A DNA stretch of 61,746 bases from a virus. Taxonomy: Duplodnaviria > Caudoviricetes. Location: positions 1-61,746 of IMG/VR virus record IMGVR_UViG_3300036783_000190. One strand, given 5' to 3'. Positions 26,922 through 38,300 of this stretch are shown in pieces (position 1 is the first letter of the stretch; the number at the start of each line of letters is the position of its first letter). The notes beneath the pieces were generated by a model that searched no databases, was not told the DNA's origin, and saw only the letters and a list, made by a program, of their open reading frames with translations. The translations under genes were made by a program, and so were the position numbers.

Positions 26922-27110
26922 ATGAGTAACGATCAAATTTTGCTAGGAATGGATTTTGCAAATGGTAATGATGTTACTGTTATCCCACCAGCGTCAGAAG
27001 TAATTCATTCAATGCGTAAAGGTGATATAAGTATAAATCAAGCTAGAGAAAAATTAGGTTTAAAAAAATTAGATATCTCAGGAGCAAATAGCATTTTAAA
27101 ATCAGTTTAA
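26922..27110 (+). CDS. Small hypothetical (ISINQAREKLGL)
   Basis: GAAAGG RBS. Confidence 0.6.
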   Translation: MSNDQILLGMDFANGNDVTVIPPASEVIHSMRKGDISINQAREKLGLKKLDISGANSILKSV

Positions 27111-27143
27111 TAGAAATGAAAAAATCTGAAAGGAGGTAAGAGG

Positions 27144-27677
27144 ATGGCACGACCAAGGCAACCGATTAACTTGTTAGAATTTAAAGGAAAAAAACATTTA
27201 ACAAAACAAGAAATTGAGGAACGGAAGTCACAAGAAATTAAAGCTCCTAATAATAAGGTGAAAGCACCGACTTACCTCCCGAGAGATTTGAAACGTGAAT
27301 TTAAAAAGATTTCTGACGAATTAATCGAAATTGGTATCATGTCTAACCTTGATATCGATGCATTAGCTCGTTTTCTTTTGGCTAGAAAAATGTATTTACA
27401 AATAACCAATATTCTCCTTGAGACAGATCCTGTACTTGAAATAACAGATATAAAAAAGGACGATGACGGAAAAGTCATAAAAACAGATACCTACACAATC
27501 ACAAATGAAGTGTATACAGAACAACTTATTAATCAAGACAAGCTATTTAAGCAATGTAGGCAAGCGGCAAGTGATTTAGGGCTAACAATCACCTCGAGAT
27601 GTAAGCTAGTAGTACCTACAAAACAAGAAGATCAGCCAAAAACAACGGCTGAAAAGAAATTCGGTTCTAAATTATGA
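27144..27677 (+). CDS. terS: Terminase small subunit (P27 family)
   Basis: ASDLGLTITSRCKL. Confidence 0.9.
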   Translation: MARPRQPINLLEFKGKKHLTKQEIEERKSQEIKAPNNKVKAPTYLPRDLKREFKKISDELIEIGIMSNLDIDALARFLLARKMYLQITNILLETDPVLEITDIKKDDDGKVIKTDTYTITNEVYTEQLINQDKLFKQCRQAASDLGLTITSRCKLVVPTKQEDQPKTTAEKKFGSKL

Positions 27678-29374
27678 CGGAACTTACGGCTGAAGAGTTA
27701 TTCAATCAAGTTTATAACTACTCTTTAGACATCATTGAAGGAGAAATAGTAGCTTGCCAAAAGCACATTGCAGCTTGTAATAGGTTTATAAATGACTTAT
27801 CAAAAATTAACCAGGAAGATTATCCTTTTTATTTTGATATATCGGAGTTAGAAGACTTTTACGTTTGGGCGAAAATGTTTAAGCATACAAAAGGAACATT
27901 AACAGGAAAACCCATCGAGCTAACTGATTTCCAGCTATTTGTATGTGGGAATATCTTTTGTTGGAAGTTGAAAGAAGACGATTCGAGACGTTTTCGAAAA
28001 GCATATATCCAATTAGCGCGTAAAAATGCAAAATCACAGTTGTTGGCTATCATAGCGACATATTCAACATTCTTATCTGGGGAAGTTGAAGAATGCTATA
28101 TTGCTGGCTGGGGACGTGATCAATCAGATAAAGTATACTCCGAAATTAATTTGCAATTATCGCCAGTTGAATTGTTTAAAGGGAAATACTCTGATGCATA
28201 CGGAAAAATAAAGCATTCAAAAACGGGTTCCATTATTCAACCTTTATCAAAAGAAGCGCGTAAAACTGGTGATGGAAGTAACCCTAGTTTAGGGATTTTA
28301 GACGAGTATCATTGTCATGAAACATCAGAAATATATGATGTTTTGGATTCGGGTATGATTTCTCGTAAAAGTCCACTACTGGTAATTATCACAACAGCAG
28401 GGTTTAACAAATCATTCCCATGTTTCTCTGAGTATCAATATGTATCTAGAATTCTCGATCAGGAACATCAAACGCAAAACGAAAGTTATTTTGTTATGAT
28501 TTGTGAACTTGATAAGGATGATGATATTAAAGATGAACGGAATTGGATAAAAGCTAATCCTATTGTTTGTACTTATAAAGAAGGTATAAAAAGTATTCGT
28601 GAAAAGCTTGAAGAGGCCCTTGAAGATCCGACGAAAATGCGAAGCTTTCTTACTAAGAATATGAATATATGGGTCGATATGAAAGATAACGGATATATGG
28701 ATATGGCTAAATGGAATAAATGCGGAGATGATTCTCTTCATTTAAAGGATTTTGAAGGCCATGAGGCTATATTAGGTATCGATTTATCAGCAAAAATAGA
28801 CTTAACATCACTTGGAATCATCATAAAAACCGATAAATATAACATTTTTAGTCATAGTTTTATGCCAGAAGATTCAATGAGAGAAAAAGTGAAGAAAGAC
28901 AAAACACGTTATGACTTATGGCACGAGCAAGGATACATTACCACAACTCCAGGCAGTGTTGTGGATTACAATTTCATAAAAACATATATAAAGAATTTAG
29001 AAGAAGAATATGGAATCATTGTTAAAGAGATATGCTATGACCCTTGGAATGCAAGCCAATTTGCACAGGACCTCGAATCTGAAGGATATATGATGATAGA
29101 AATTAGGCAAGGAATAGGCACATTAGGTGAGCCAACTAAAAATTTCAGAGAAGAAGTGTATTCTAAAAACATTGTTCATGATAAAAATCCTGTTTTAGAT
29201 TGGGCGACTGGTAATGCAATAACAAAAGAAGATCACAATGGAAACATTATGTTAGACAAGGCGAAATCGATTGAAAGAATTGATCCAATAGCATCAATGA
29301 TAAATGCTCATGTACGAGCTATGTTATTGATAACATCAGGACCAGTTATTGAAGTATGGAATTTTAATGATTAG
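27674..29374 (+). CDS. terL: Terminase large subunit
   Basis: ARKNAKS, ILDEYH, ITTAG, GIDLS, YDPWNA. Confidence 0.96.
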   Translation: MTELTAEELFNQVYNYSLDIIEGEIVACQKHIAACNRFINDLSKINQEDYPFYFDISELEDFYVWAKMFKHTKGTLTGKPIELTDFQLFVCGNIFCWKLKEDDSRRFRKAYIQLARKNAKSQLLAIIATYSTFLSGEVEECYIAGWGRDQSDKVYSEINLQLSPVELFKGKYSDAYGKIKHSKTGSIIQPLSKEARKTGDGSNPSLGILDEYHCHETSEIYDVLDSGMISRKSPLLVIITTAGFNKSFPCFSEYQYVSRILDQEHQTQNESYFVMICELDKDDDIKDERNWIKANPIVCTYKEGIKSIREKLEEALEDPTKMRSFLTKNMNIWVDMKDNGYMDMAKWNKCGDDSLHLKDFEGHEAILGIDLSAKIDLTSLGIIIKTDKYNIFSHSFMPEDSMREKVKKDKTRYDLWHEQGYITTTPGSVVDYNFIKTYIKNLEEEYGIIVKEICYDPWNASQFAQDLESEGYMMIEIRQGIGTLGEPTKNFREEVYSKNIVHDKNPVLDWATGNAITKEDHNGNIMLDKAKSIERIDPIASMINAHVRAMLLITSGPVIEVWNFND

Positions 29375-29385
29375 GAGGTGAAAAG

Positions 29386-30609
29386 ATGAATTTTATGAAT
29401 AGAATACGGAATGTTTTTCGTGGAAGAAAGATTACTGACGAAGGATTTGTAAAATGGAACCAACTTAATAGCAAACACAGTTGGCAAAACCATGACGTTC
29501 TCGCAAATAACGAGACTATTTTTGCTGCTGTTTCTCGGCTATCAAATTCATTAGCTACATTGCCATTAAAGTTATATAAAGACTTTTATCCTGTTACAAA
29601 AAACAGAATGGCTGATTTGATGAATACGTCCCCTAACCCTAATATGACAAGCTTTGATTTCATTAGGACAATGGAAGTGTTTCGAGATATTGAAGGTAAT
29701 GCGTATGCTTTAAAACGCTATAATTACCGATTCCAAGTTGAAGCTTTGGATATCTTAGATCCTACAAGGGTAAATCCAGTTTTAGAAGAGAAATCAAAGG
29801 AACTTTATTACGAAATACAAGGTGATGATGGTCAGAGGTACTATGTTCATAACATGGATATGATTCATGTAAAACATATCCATACCTCAGGGTACAAAGG
29901 CATTAAACCAATTCATGTTCTAAGAGATTCCATTGACTACGATGCTCAAGTAAAAGAATTCAGTTTAGCGCAAATGGAAAACGGAATTAAAGCATCATTT
30001 GTATTGAAAATAGCGACTAACATGAATGATACGAAGAAAAAGTCAATGCTAGAATCATTTAAAAACTTCTATTCTACAAATGGAAGTGGCGTAATTATAG
30101 TAGATAATGGTTCGGATTTGAAAGAAATCAGTCGTGATTTCATTGATACAAAGGTATTTGAAGTGGAACGTATAACAAGATCGCGTGTAGCCACTGTGTA
30201 TAACATACCTCCTCACATGCTTGGTGATTTTAGTAATGCCAACTTCTCAAGTATGGAGCAACAATCATTAGAATTCGTTCAAAATACATTGATTCCAATT
30301 GTAAGAATGTATGAACAAGAGTTTAATAAAAAGCTTTTATCTAGGGAAGAGCGTTCACAAGGACTTACTTTTAAGTTCAATGTGAACGCTCTTTTGCGTG
30401 GAGATATACAAACCAGAGGTGAATTTTACTCAAAAGGTATCCGTTCTGGTTGGTTTATGCCTAATGAAGTAAGGGCCTATGAGGAATTGCCACCAATAAA
30501 AGGTGGGGACACCTTACTTATTAGTGGTGATTTATATCCAATCGATACACCTATTTCTGAAAGGAATAGTAAAAAAGTACCTGACTCGAAGGGAGGTGAA
30601 GGAAATTAA
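29386..30609 (+). CDS. HK97-family portal protein
   Basis: YNIPPHMLG..NFSSMEQQ..PNEVRAYEELPP. Confidence 0.95.
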   Translation: MNFMNRIRNVFRGRKITDEGFVKWNQLNSKHSWQNHDVLANNETIFAAVSRLSNSLATLPLKLYKDFYPVTKNRMADLMNTSPNPNMTSFDFIRTMEVFRDIEGNAYALKRYNYRFQVEALDILDPTRVNPVLEEKSKELYYEIQGDDGQRYYVHNMDMIHVKHIHTSGYKGIKPIHVLRDSIDYDAQVKEFSLAQMENGIKASFVLKIATNMNDTKKKSMLESFKNFYSTNGSGVIIVDNGSDLKEISRDFIDTKVFEVERITRSRVATVYNIPPHMLGDFSNANFSSMEQQSLEFVQNTLIPIVRMYEQEFNKKLLSREERSQGLTFKFNVNALLRGDIQTRGEFYSKGIRSGWFMPNEVRAYEELPPIKGGDTLLISGDLYPIDTPISERNSKKVPDSKGGEGN

Positions 30610-31342
30610 GAAGTACTGGGAATTCAAAAACCAAACAGATGATACAGCAGATCTTTATTTATATGTAGAAATCGCTTCATGGGGTGGAGGTTATTATGCT
30701 CACTCGGCAAAAAGCTTCAAACAAGAATTAGACAACATTGGTGATATCAACACGCTTAATGTCTATATTAACTCTCCTGGTGGCGATGTATTTGAAGGGG
30801 TTGCGATTTACAACATGTTGAAACGTCATAAAGCACATGTAAATGTCCATGTTGATGGGTTAGCAGCTTCGATTGCGAGTGTGATTGCAATGGCAGCAGA
30901 CACAATTCATATGCCGTCGAACGCTATGATGATGATTCATAATGCATGGCTGTATACAGCAGGTAATTCTAATGACTTGCGTGAAGCAGCAGACATGCTA
31001 GATAAAGTTAACACTTCCATAAGACAGTCATACATGCAAAAAGCTGGTGACGGTATCTCAGAAGAAGATTTAACAAAGTTAATGGATGATGAGACATGGT
31101 TAACAGCGCAAGAATGTTTGGATTATGGCTTATGTAATGTTGTTGAATCAGCAACAGAAATAGCAGCAAGTGTAAATAAAGATATGTTTAATAGATATAA
31201 AAATACACCAAAAGACTTGTTGAATCAGACAAGTAGTTCAAATAAAGCTGATGATGTTAAGGATCAAGAATATAGAAAGCAGCTTATTGCTGAATCAAAA
31301 GCAAGTAGTGAAAAACTGAAGTTAATCCTAGGAGGAATTTAG
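30596..31342 (+). CDS. ClpP-type head maturation protease
   Basis: INSPGGDV, AASIAS, MMIHN, ETWLTA; start GTG 30596 or ATT 30605. Confidence 0.93.
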   Translation: MKEIKKYWEFKNQTDDTADLYLYVEIASWGGGYYAHSAKSFKQELDNIGDINTLNVYINSPGGDVFEGVAIYNMLKRHKAHVNVHVDGLAASIASVIAMAADTIHMPSNAMMMIHNAWLYTAGNSNDLREAADMLDKVNTSIRQSYMQKAGDGISEEDLTKLMDDETWLTAQECLDYGLCNVVESATEIAASVNKDMFNRYKNTPKDLLNQTSSSNKADDVKDQEYRKQLIAESKASSEKLKLILGGI

Positions 31343-32485
31343 ATGAATTTATACGAACTGAAAGCAAGCTTAAAAACTGTAGGAGATCAATTAGTACAAG
31401 TAGAAAACGATATTGTTGCTAAAGCGGCCGATCCTAATGTACCAATTGCAGAAGTGCAACACTTAAAAACTATGAAAAACGAATTAAATGAACGTTTTGA
31501 AGTTCTTAAAGCACAGCACGATGAAAAAGAATCAGCACAACGTGCAGCTTTACAAGCTAAACAAGAGCAAGGTGTTCCAGGATTAAAAAGCGAAGACCCA
31601 AAAGCACGTAAAGCAGCAGCAAAAGCAGAATTAATTCGTGCTACGATTCGCAATCGCCCAATGACAGAAGAAGCAAAAATGGCTTTAGGTGACCGTAATA
31701 ACTCAGGTGGAGAAAAGTTCTTACCATCTACATTAACAAATGAATTATTACATGAGCCATTTGTAAAAAATCCATTACGTGATGTGGCTACATTCACAAA
31801 TATCACGAACTTAGAAGTACCTAAAATCGACTTCACATTAGATGATGATAATTTCGTTTCAGATGAAGCAACAGCAAAAGAAATTAAAACAGAAGGCGAT
31901 GTTGTAACATTTGGACGTAATAAATTCAAAGTAAAAGCTAAAGTATCAGAAACTGTGTTAAACGGTACTGATACAAACTTAGTACAAACTGTTGATGCAG
32001 CACTTGAATCAGGTTTAGCAGCAAAAGAGAAAAAAGTAGCTTTTGCTAAAACTCCTAAAGCCGGAGAGGAATCAATGTCATTCTATAAAGTTGGCATTAA
32101 AGAAGTTAGTGCAGAAAATAAATATAAAGCTATTAAAAAAGCACTTGCTGATCTTCACGAAGACTATCGTGCGAATGCAAAAATCTGCATGGCATACCAA
32201 GATTACTCTGACATTATTGAAATCTTAGCGAACGGAAGTGCAACACTTTATAACGCTCAACCAGAGCAAGTATTGGGACGACCAGTTATCTTCTGTGATA
32301 ATGCAACTGATCCAGTAGTTGGTGATTTCCGTTACTCACATTTTAACTATGATTTAAACATGATTTATGATCGAGATAAAGATGTAGATAGCGGTATGGA
32401 ATTATTTGTTTTAACAGCTTGGTTGGACCATAAAATTAAACTGAAATCAGCATTCCGTGTTGCAAAGGTAGTTGCGCAGCCCTAA
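31343..32485 (+). CDS. HK97-fold major capsid protein
   Basis: N-terminal coiled delta domain, GGEKFLP; position in head module. Confidence 0.92.
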   Translation: MNLYELKASLKTVGDQLVQVENDIVAKAADPNVPIAEVQHLKTMKNELNERFEVLKAQHDEKESAQRAALQAKQEQGVPGLKSEDPKARKAAAKAELIRATIRNRPMTEEAKMALGDRNNSGGEKFLPSTLTNELLHEPFVKNPLRDVATFTNITNLEVPKIDFTLDDDNFVSDEATAKEIKTEGDVVTFGRNKFKVKAKVSETVLNGTDTNLVQTVDAALESGLAAKEKKVAFAKTPKAGEESMSFYKVGIKEVSAENKYKAIKKALADLHEDYRANAKICMAYQDYSDIIEILANGSATLYNAQPEQVLGRPVIFCDNATDPVVGDFRYSHFNYDLNMIYDRDKDVDSGMELFVLTAWLDHKIKLKSAFRVAKVVAQP

Positions 32486-32762
32486 GGATCCCCAAACACC
32501 AACAGGATTAAAAGTTGATGCTACCACAGTAACAACGGCCAACATTAGTTGGTCTCCTGTTGTGTATGATGGGGGCATAAAAGAGTACCAGGTATTCCGC
32601 AATGGAAAACAGGTAGGTACTTCACCAACGGCGACTTATAAGGATACTGGATTAACTGGAGATACAACGTATTCTTACCAAGTTAAAGCTGTAGGAAATA
32701 ATGGATTGATTTCTCCATTAAGCGCTGAATTATCAGTGAAAACAGCAACATCAGGCTCATAG
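32472..32762 (+). CDS. Fibronectin type III domain, probably fused to capsid by +1 frameshift
   Basis: PTGL..ISWSP..YQVFRNG..YKDTGL..YSYQVKA; +1 frame across CCC-TAA; no clear own RBS. Confidence 0.8.
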   Translation: MRSPKDPQTPTGLKVDATTVTTANISWSPVVYDGGIKEYQVFRNGKQVGTSPTATYKDTGLTGDTTYSYQVKAVGNNGLISPLSAELSVKTATSGS

Positions 32763-32773
32763 GTGGTGATTGC

Positions 32774-33034
32774 ATGAGTGAAATGCTTGAACAAGTAAAA
32801 GGATATTTGCGAATCGATGGGAGTGAGGATGATATGAACCTCACTCTTTTACTTGATTCAGCAAAAGAATACTTTCTAAATGCTGGTATTCCTGAAAAGG
32901 AAGAGTCGGCTTTATATAGATTATCAGTAATGATATATGTAGCGCTCCAATATGATCCTGACTCTTACAAGAAGTTGGAGCGCTCCTTACAGAGCAACAT
33001 TATTCAAATGAAGTATGAAGGTGAAGCGTCATGA
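32774..33034 (+). CDS. Head-tail connector (gp6-like)
   Basis: LEQVKGYLRIDGSEDD. Confidence 0.85.
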   Translation: MSEMLEQVKGYLRIDGSEDDMNLTLLLDSAKEYFLNAGIPEKEESALYRLSVMIYVALQYDPDSYKKLERSLQSNIIQMKYEGEAS

Positions 33035-33354
33035 CGTTAGCTAAAATGAATAAGTGGCTCTCCTTCCAAATGAAGGACCCTGATGCAAAAAACCCAGATG
33101 GTGATCCAATTGATGGTTATAAGGAATCATTCACCACTTGGGGGTCATTCATTTTCTTAAAAGGAAGAGAATACTTTCAAGCAGCAGCAACTAATAGCGC
33201 TGTACAAGGAAAAAGTGAAATTCGATACAGAGAAGATGTTACTGCAGATATGCAGATTAAATACAAAGAACAAATGTATGAAATCATATCAGTCATTCCA
33301 ACTGAAAAACATACTCTACTAATCATGTGGAAGCGTGGTGGTATGAATGGGTAA
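33031..33354 (+). CDS. Head closure/head-tail adaptor
   Basis: GREYFQA..IRYR..YEI. Confidence 0.85.
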   Translation: MTLAKMNKWLSFQMKDPDAKNPDGDPIDGYKESFTTWGSFIFLKGREYFQAAATNSAVQGKSEIRYREDVTADMQIKYKEQMYEIISVIPTEKHTLLIMWKRGGMNG

Positions 33355-33781
33355 TAACGTAGATTTCATGGGTTTTGATCAACTTGTTTCAGAACTTAAT
33401 GCTTTGGGATTAAGAGGAGATAAGATTGAAGACAAAGCTCTTGCAGCTGGTGGTGAACCAATTCGGAAGGCTATTTCTGGACTAGCACCAAGAAGTAATA
33501 GTCCAAAACCAGCTTCTAAAAGTGAGCCTTGGCGTACAGGGCAACACGCGGCAGACAATATACGTGTCACTAAGGCGAAAATGGAAAACGGCTTAAAAAC
33601 CGTTAAGGTAGGTATTGATAAAGCCGATAGGTCTCCTTATTTTTATATGAAATTTAAAGAATGGGGTACATCTAAAATGCCAGCCGAACCATTTATTGAA
33701 CCAGGATTTAGTTCTTCAAAATCAGAAGCCATCCGTGCTATGACGGATATCCTGAGAGATGAAATGAGGTTGAGATTTTGA
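33347..33781 (+). CDS. HK97 gp10-family neck protein
   Basis: FKEWGTSKMPAEPFIEP. Confidence 0.88.
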   Translation: MGNNVDFMGFDQLVSELNALGLRGDKIEDKALAAGGEPIRKAISGLAPRSNSPKPASKSEPWRTGQHAADNIRVTKAKMENGLKTVKVGIDKADRSPYFYMKFKEWGTSKMPAEPFIEPGFSSSKSEAIRAMTDILRDEMRLRF

Positions 33782-34140
33782 AGAATCTACGCCCGGTTAT
33801 TTTACAAGCTCTTGAATCTAATCAAGAGCTTGTCTCTATTTTAGGTGGAAAACGAGTTTACTATCAAAAAGCGAAAAACGCTGAAGAGTTTCCTAGAATT
33901 ACATTTTTTGAATTGAATAATGTTCCGGATTCATTTGCTGACGATGAAGAAATAGCAAGTGAAATCACGTTTCAAATAGATATTTGGTCAAAGAACAGCA
34001 CAACAGCAATTCATACAAAAGTGAATGAAATCATGAAAACCATTGGTTTTTCTCGATATGCTGTTGCTGATCTATACGAAGATGATACAAAGATTTTTCA
34101 TTATGCAATGAGATTTCGAAAATTAGAGGAGGAATTGTAA
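33778..34140 (+). CDS. Tail terminator (DUF3168-like)
   Basis: FPRITF..FQIDIWS; synteny. Confidence 0.8.
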   Translation: MKNLRPVILQALESNQELVSILGGKRVYYQKAKNAEEFPRITFFELNNVPDSFADDEEIASEITFQIDIWSKNSTTAIHTKVNEIMKTIGFSRYAVADLYEDDTKIFHYAMRFRKLEEEL

Positions 34141-34141
34141 T

Positions 34142-34735
34142 ATGGCAGGAACTTTAATTGGTTTAAAGGATTTAACTTATGCGAAATTAAAAAATGATGA
34201 TGAAACAGGCGTTACTTATGATGCAGTAAAGAAGATTATTGGTGCAATTAATGCTGCAATCAAACCTAAGAGTTCATCAGAGACTTTGTATGCAGATGAT
34301 GGAGCAGCGGATACTGTATCAGCTCTTGGTGAAACAGAAGTAGAATTTGAAGTTAAAGATATTCCGCTAGCTGTACAGGCTGATTTACTAGGGCATACAG
34401 TTAAAAACGGAGTTCTGATTAAAAATGCTTCGGATATTGCTCCTTATGTAGCAATTGGATTCAAGGCATTAAAATCAAACGGAAAATATCGTTTTATGTG
34501 GTTGTTAAAAGGTCGATTTGAACTGTTAGAGGAAAACTACGAAACAAAAGGAGATAAGGTTAATTTCCAAACTCCTAAAATTAAAGGATCCTTCATTAAA
34601 GTAGAAGCAACGGGAGACTGGCAATATACAGGTGATGAAGATGAGACAGATTTCAAACCTGAAACGGGTACTAATTGGTTTAAAGCTGTTTATAACCCCA
34701 ACGCAACTACAGGTGGTACATCAGGAACTAAATAA
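34142..34735 (+). CDS. Major tail protein (phi13-type)
   Basis: IGLKDL.YA..LYADD..PYVAIGF..WLLKG. Confidence 0.9.
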   Translation: MAGTLIGLKDLTYAKLKNDDETGVTYDAVKKIIGAINAAIKPKSSSETLYADDGAADTVSALGETEVEFEVKDIPLAVQADLLGHTVKNGVLIKNASDIAPYVAIGFKALKSNGKYRFMWLLKGRFELLEENYETKGDKVNFQTPKIKGSFIKVEATGDWQYTGDEDETDFKPETGTNWFKAVYNPNATTGGTSGTK

Positions 34736-34793
34736 AAAAGAGGGGAATTCCCCTCTTTTTTTATTTTTTTATCAATGGAAGGAGCAATAACTA

Positions 34794-35320
34794 ATGAAAA
34801 AAATGAAAATTACATTATTTATAGATGGAAAAGAAAAAACGTTTTACTCACCTAGCTTCATTTCAGGTCGAATCGGACGTGAAGGTGCTGATTTAGAAGA
34901 AAAATACCTAAGAAGCCAACAAATAGACTTTGAAGAAACACAAACAGAAGTGTTAGATATCTTAATTGATTTTGTTTGTAGAGGGTTCGGAAATCAATTT
35001 ACTACAGATGAATTTTTAGACGGAATTGATACGAGATTTATGTATAAAACAATTGCAGCATTCTTCAAATACATCACAACTGGTGTAGTCGAGGCTATAG
35101 GGGCAAACGAAAGTGAAGAAGATATTGACCCAAACGAATAAGCGGAGAGATTACAACTTTAAAAGACTTCTTTGAAGATATGTATCTCTCCTTAATGGAG
35201 CAGGGCTATAAATTAAATGAAATAGATGAAATGGACATCATATATTATTTGCGCCTGGTAAGAAAGAAAGCGAATAAACAAACAGAAAAACAATTCGCAT
35301 ACATCGACCAGATATTTTAA
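34794..35320 (+). CDS. Tail assembly chaperone G (34794-35141) and -1 frameshift GT extension to 35320
   Basis: Slippery CCCAAAC at 35129-35135; -1 frame open to TAA 35318-35320 (..EIDEMDIIYY..). Confidence 0.8.
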
Positions 35321-35329
35321 GGAGGTGAG

Positions 35330-38300
35330 GTGTTGGCGAATGAAATAAATAATTTAGTCGTAAGGCTTTCCTTAGATAATGTTGATTTTCGGCAAGGTAT
35401 CTCTACTTCTGGTCGTGCAGTAAAGACATTACAAAACGAATTGAAATCAGTAAGTACGGGTATGGGTGGATTTGCAAATGCAAGCGATCAGACTAGAGCG
35501 AAGGTCGATGTATTAAATCGTGTTATTGAAGCTCAAAAAGAAAAAGTTAAAAGTTTAAGAACGGCTTATGACCAAAATAAAGCTAAACTTGGCGAAAATG
35601 ATGCAGCTACTCAGAGATATGCAGCGCAGGTAAACCGAGCTGTAGCTGATTTAAATAGATTTGAAAATGAATTGAAACAAGTAAACAGACAGGCTGATCA
35701 AAAAGGTATTGATAAGCTTTCCAATACGATGAAGGCTTTACAAGCTGAGCTTCAATCGGTAAGTACGGGTATGGGCGGATTTGCAAATAGATCCGAACAA
35801 GCACATGCAAAAGTTGATGTTTTAAATAGAATGGTCGAGACACAAAGACAGAAAGTGCAGCAGTTAAGTGATGCTTATAACCGTTCGCAACAAGCTGAAG
35901 GGGCAACTAGTCAATCTACACAGCGATACGCAGAGCAATTGCATCGGGCAACCACTGAATTAAATAGATTTGAAACAGAACTGCAACAAGCTAATAGGCA
36001 TCTTGACGAACAAAGTAATAGAATGATGAATACCGGCAGACGTATGGAAACAATGGGAAATAATTTGCAAAATGCAGGTATGCAAATCGGGTTAGTATTC
36101 GGCGGTATGGCGTATGCTATGGGGCGCGGATTAAAATCAGCAGTTGAAGAATCTATTAACTTTGAACAACAGATGGCCAATGTAAAAGCTGTATCAGGTG
36201 CAACGGGAACCGAAATGGAAACACTTTCGAAGTTAGCGGTTAAATATGGGGAGGATACAAAATATTCTTCTGTTGAAGCAGGAAAAGGTATTGAAGAATT
36301 AATCAAAGCTGGTGTCTCGCTTACTGACATTATAAATGGCGGACTTGAGGGCGCACTTAACTTAGCTTCTGCAGGCGAATTAGAACTTGCTGATGCTGCT
36401 GAAATAGCTTCAACAGCTTTAAATGCATTCAAGGCTGACAATTTATCGGTTTCTCAAGCAGCTGATTTGTTAGCTGGTGCCGCAAACGCTTCTGCAACTA
36501 GTGTGGGAGAAATGAAGTTCGGTTTATCAATGGTTTCAGCAGTTGCAGCTGGTGTAGGACTTAGTTTCAAAGATACTACAACAGCATTAGCTTTATTTGC
36601 ACAGAATGGGTTAAAGGGTTCGGATGCAGGTACTTCATTGAAAACGATGTTAGCAAACTTAATCCCGAAATCAAACGAAGCATACGATATGTTTAAAGAA
36701 CTCGGTTTAGTATCGATTGATACCGGAAAAGCAATGCAGTTTCTTGGAGAAAAAGGTATTAAGCCAGCTTCTACTTCATTTAAAGATGTAACAGGTGCTT
36801 TGGAAAAATACGCAGCAAAGCAGGCTGGAGTAAAGGTTGGTTCAGAAAAGGCAGACAAAGCATTCCAAAAGTTAACGTTTAGCACAGGGATTATGCATAA
36901 TGCATTCTTTGATGCAAATGGGAATTTAAAAGAAATGTCTGATATTGCAGAAGTTGTTCAAATGGCAATGTCAGGATTGACAGCTGAACAAAGACAATCG
37001 TATATGTATACACTTTTCGGATCAGATGCAATTCGTGCAGCTAACATCCTGTATAAAGAAGGCGCCGATGGCGTTAAAAATATGTATACTGAAATGTCAA
37101 AAGTTACGGCGTTAGAAACTGCTCAAACTAAGATGAATACCATGAAAGGGCGCATCGAAGAATTGAGCGGGTCGTTTGATACTATGAAAAAGACGATTGG
37201 TGATGCGTTAATGCCAGTTGTCGGCGTTTTGGTAAGTGGTCTTCAATATCTTGTTGATGGTTTTAACAATCTTTCTCCTGGTGTGCAAAAGTTCATTTCA
37301 ATAAGTGCTGGAGTGATATTCGGACTTACAGCTATAGCCGCAGTCGGAGCAACCATATTAGCAGGAATAGGTGGCGTGATAGCGGGTGTTGGAATATTAA
37401 CAACTTCTATTGCAAGTGCTGGTGGAGTTGTAGCGATATTAGGAACGGCGTTCACCGCATTAACTGGACCTGTTGGTTTAACGGTATTAGGTATAGCCGG
37501 AGCAACAGCAGCTATTGGATATTTTATTAATGAATCACAAAAGGCAAGCGAAGAGACTTCTAAATTCGGTGGAAGAGTAAGCGAAGGTACAAGACAAGCT
37601 GCAGGCGCCTATATAGATTTAAAAGATAAAGCGATTAATAATATGATCGATTTGAAACTAAAAACAGGCGAAGAAGCAAATAAAGCGGCTGACGAAACAA
37701 TCAAAGCTTTCCAACGAATGACAAATGAGGTCATTAAGGAATTAGAAGGCAAAAAAAGTGAATTCAATAAAATGTTTAGTCAGTTAATGGGAAGTGTACC
37801 AGAAAGTGCTCAAAAAACATTAGAACAAGTAAAAAATAATGTGATTGAATCCATTAATAAAGAAATAGAAGTAGCTACACAGGCTGAAAATATTTTAGAA
37901 GAAGGCATAAAAAGGTATCAAGGAGATACCATGAAAATGCCAAAAGACTTCGCTCAAAAGTTTGACCAAGCCTTACAAGTGGCAGATAAAAATGTTCAGC
38001 AGTTTTATACAAAAGCTAAAGAGATAAATTCTATTTCAAAAGAAATTGAATCTGGTGGAATGCTGTCTGTAGATGCAGGTAAAAAACGATTCGAGAGCAT
38101 TATAAAAGTTTATGAAGACGGTGTTAAATCATTAGAGAAACAAACTAAAGGCTGGCGTGAAAATGTAGATAAAGCATTTAAAATGGGCGAAATAAAGCCA
38201 GAAGAACGTAAAGCTACATTGGATGCAATCGCCCTTTATGAATCAAAGCATGTATCTGATCTACAAACTATACGTGGCGATGCATTTAAAAAGTTAGAAG

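Noticed and set aside
35400-36000. Internal duplication in the tape measure gene
   Set aside because: Ordinary TMP coiled-coil repeats.
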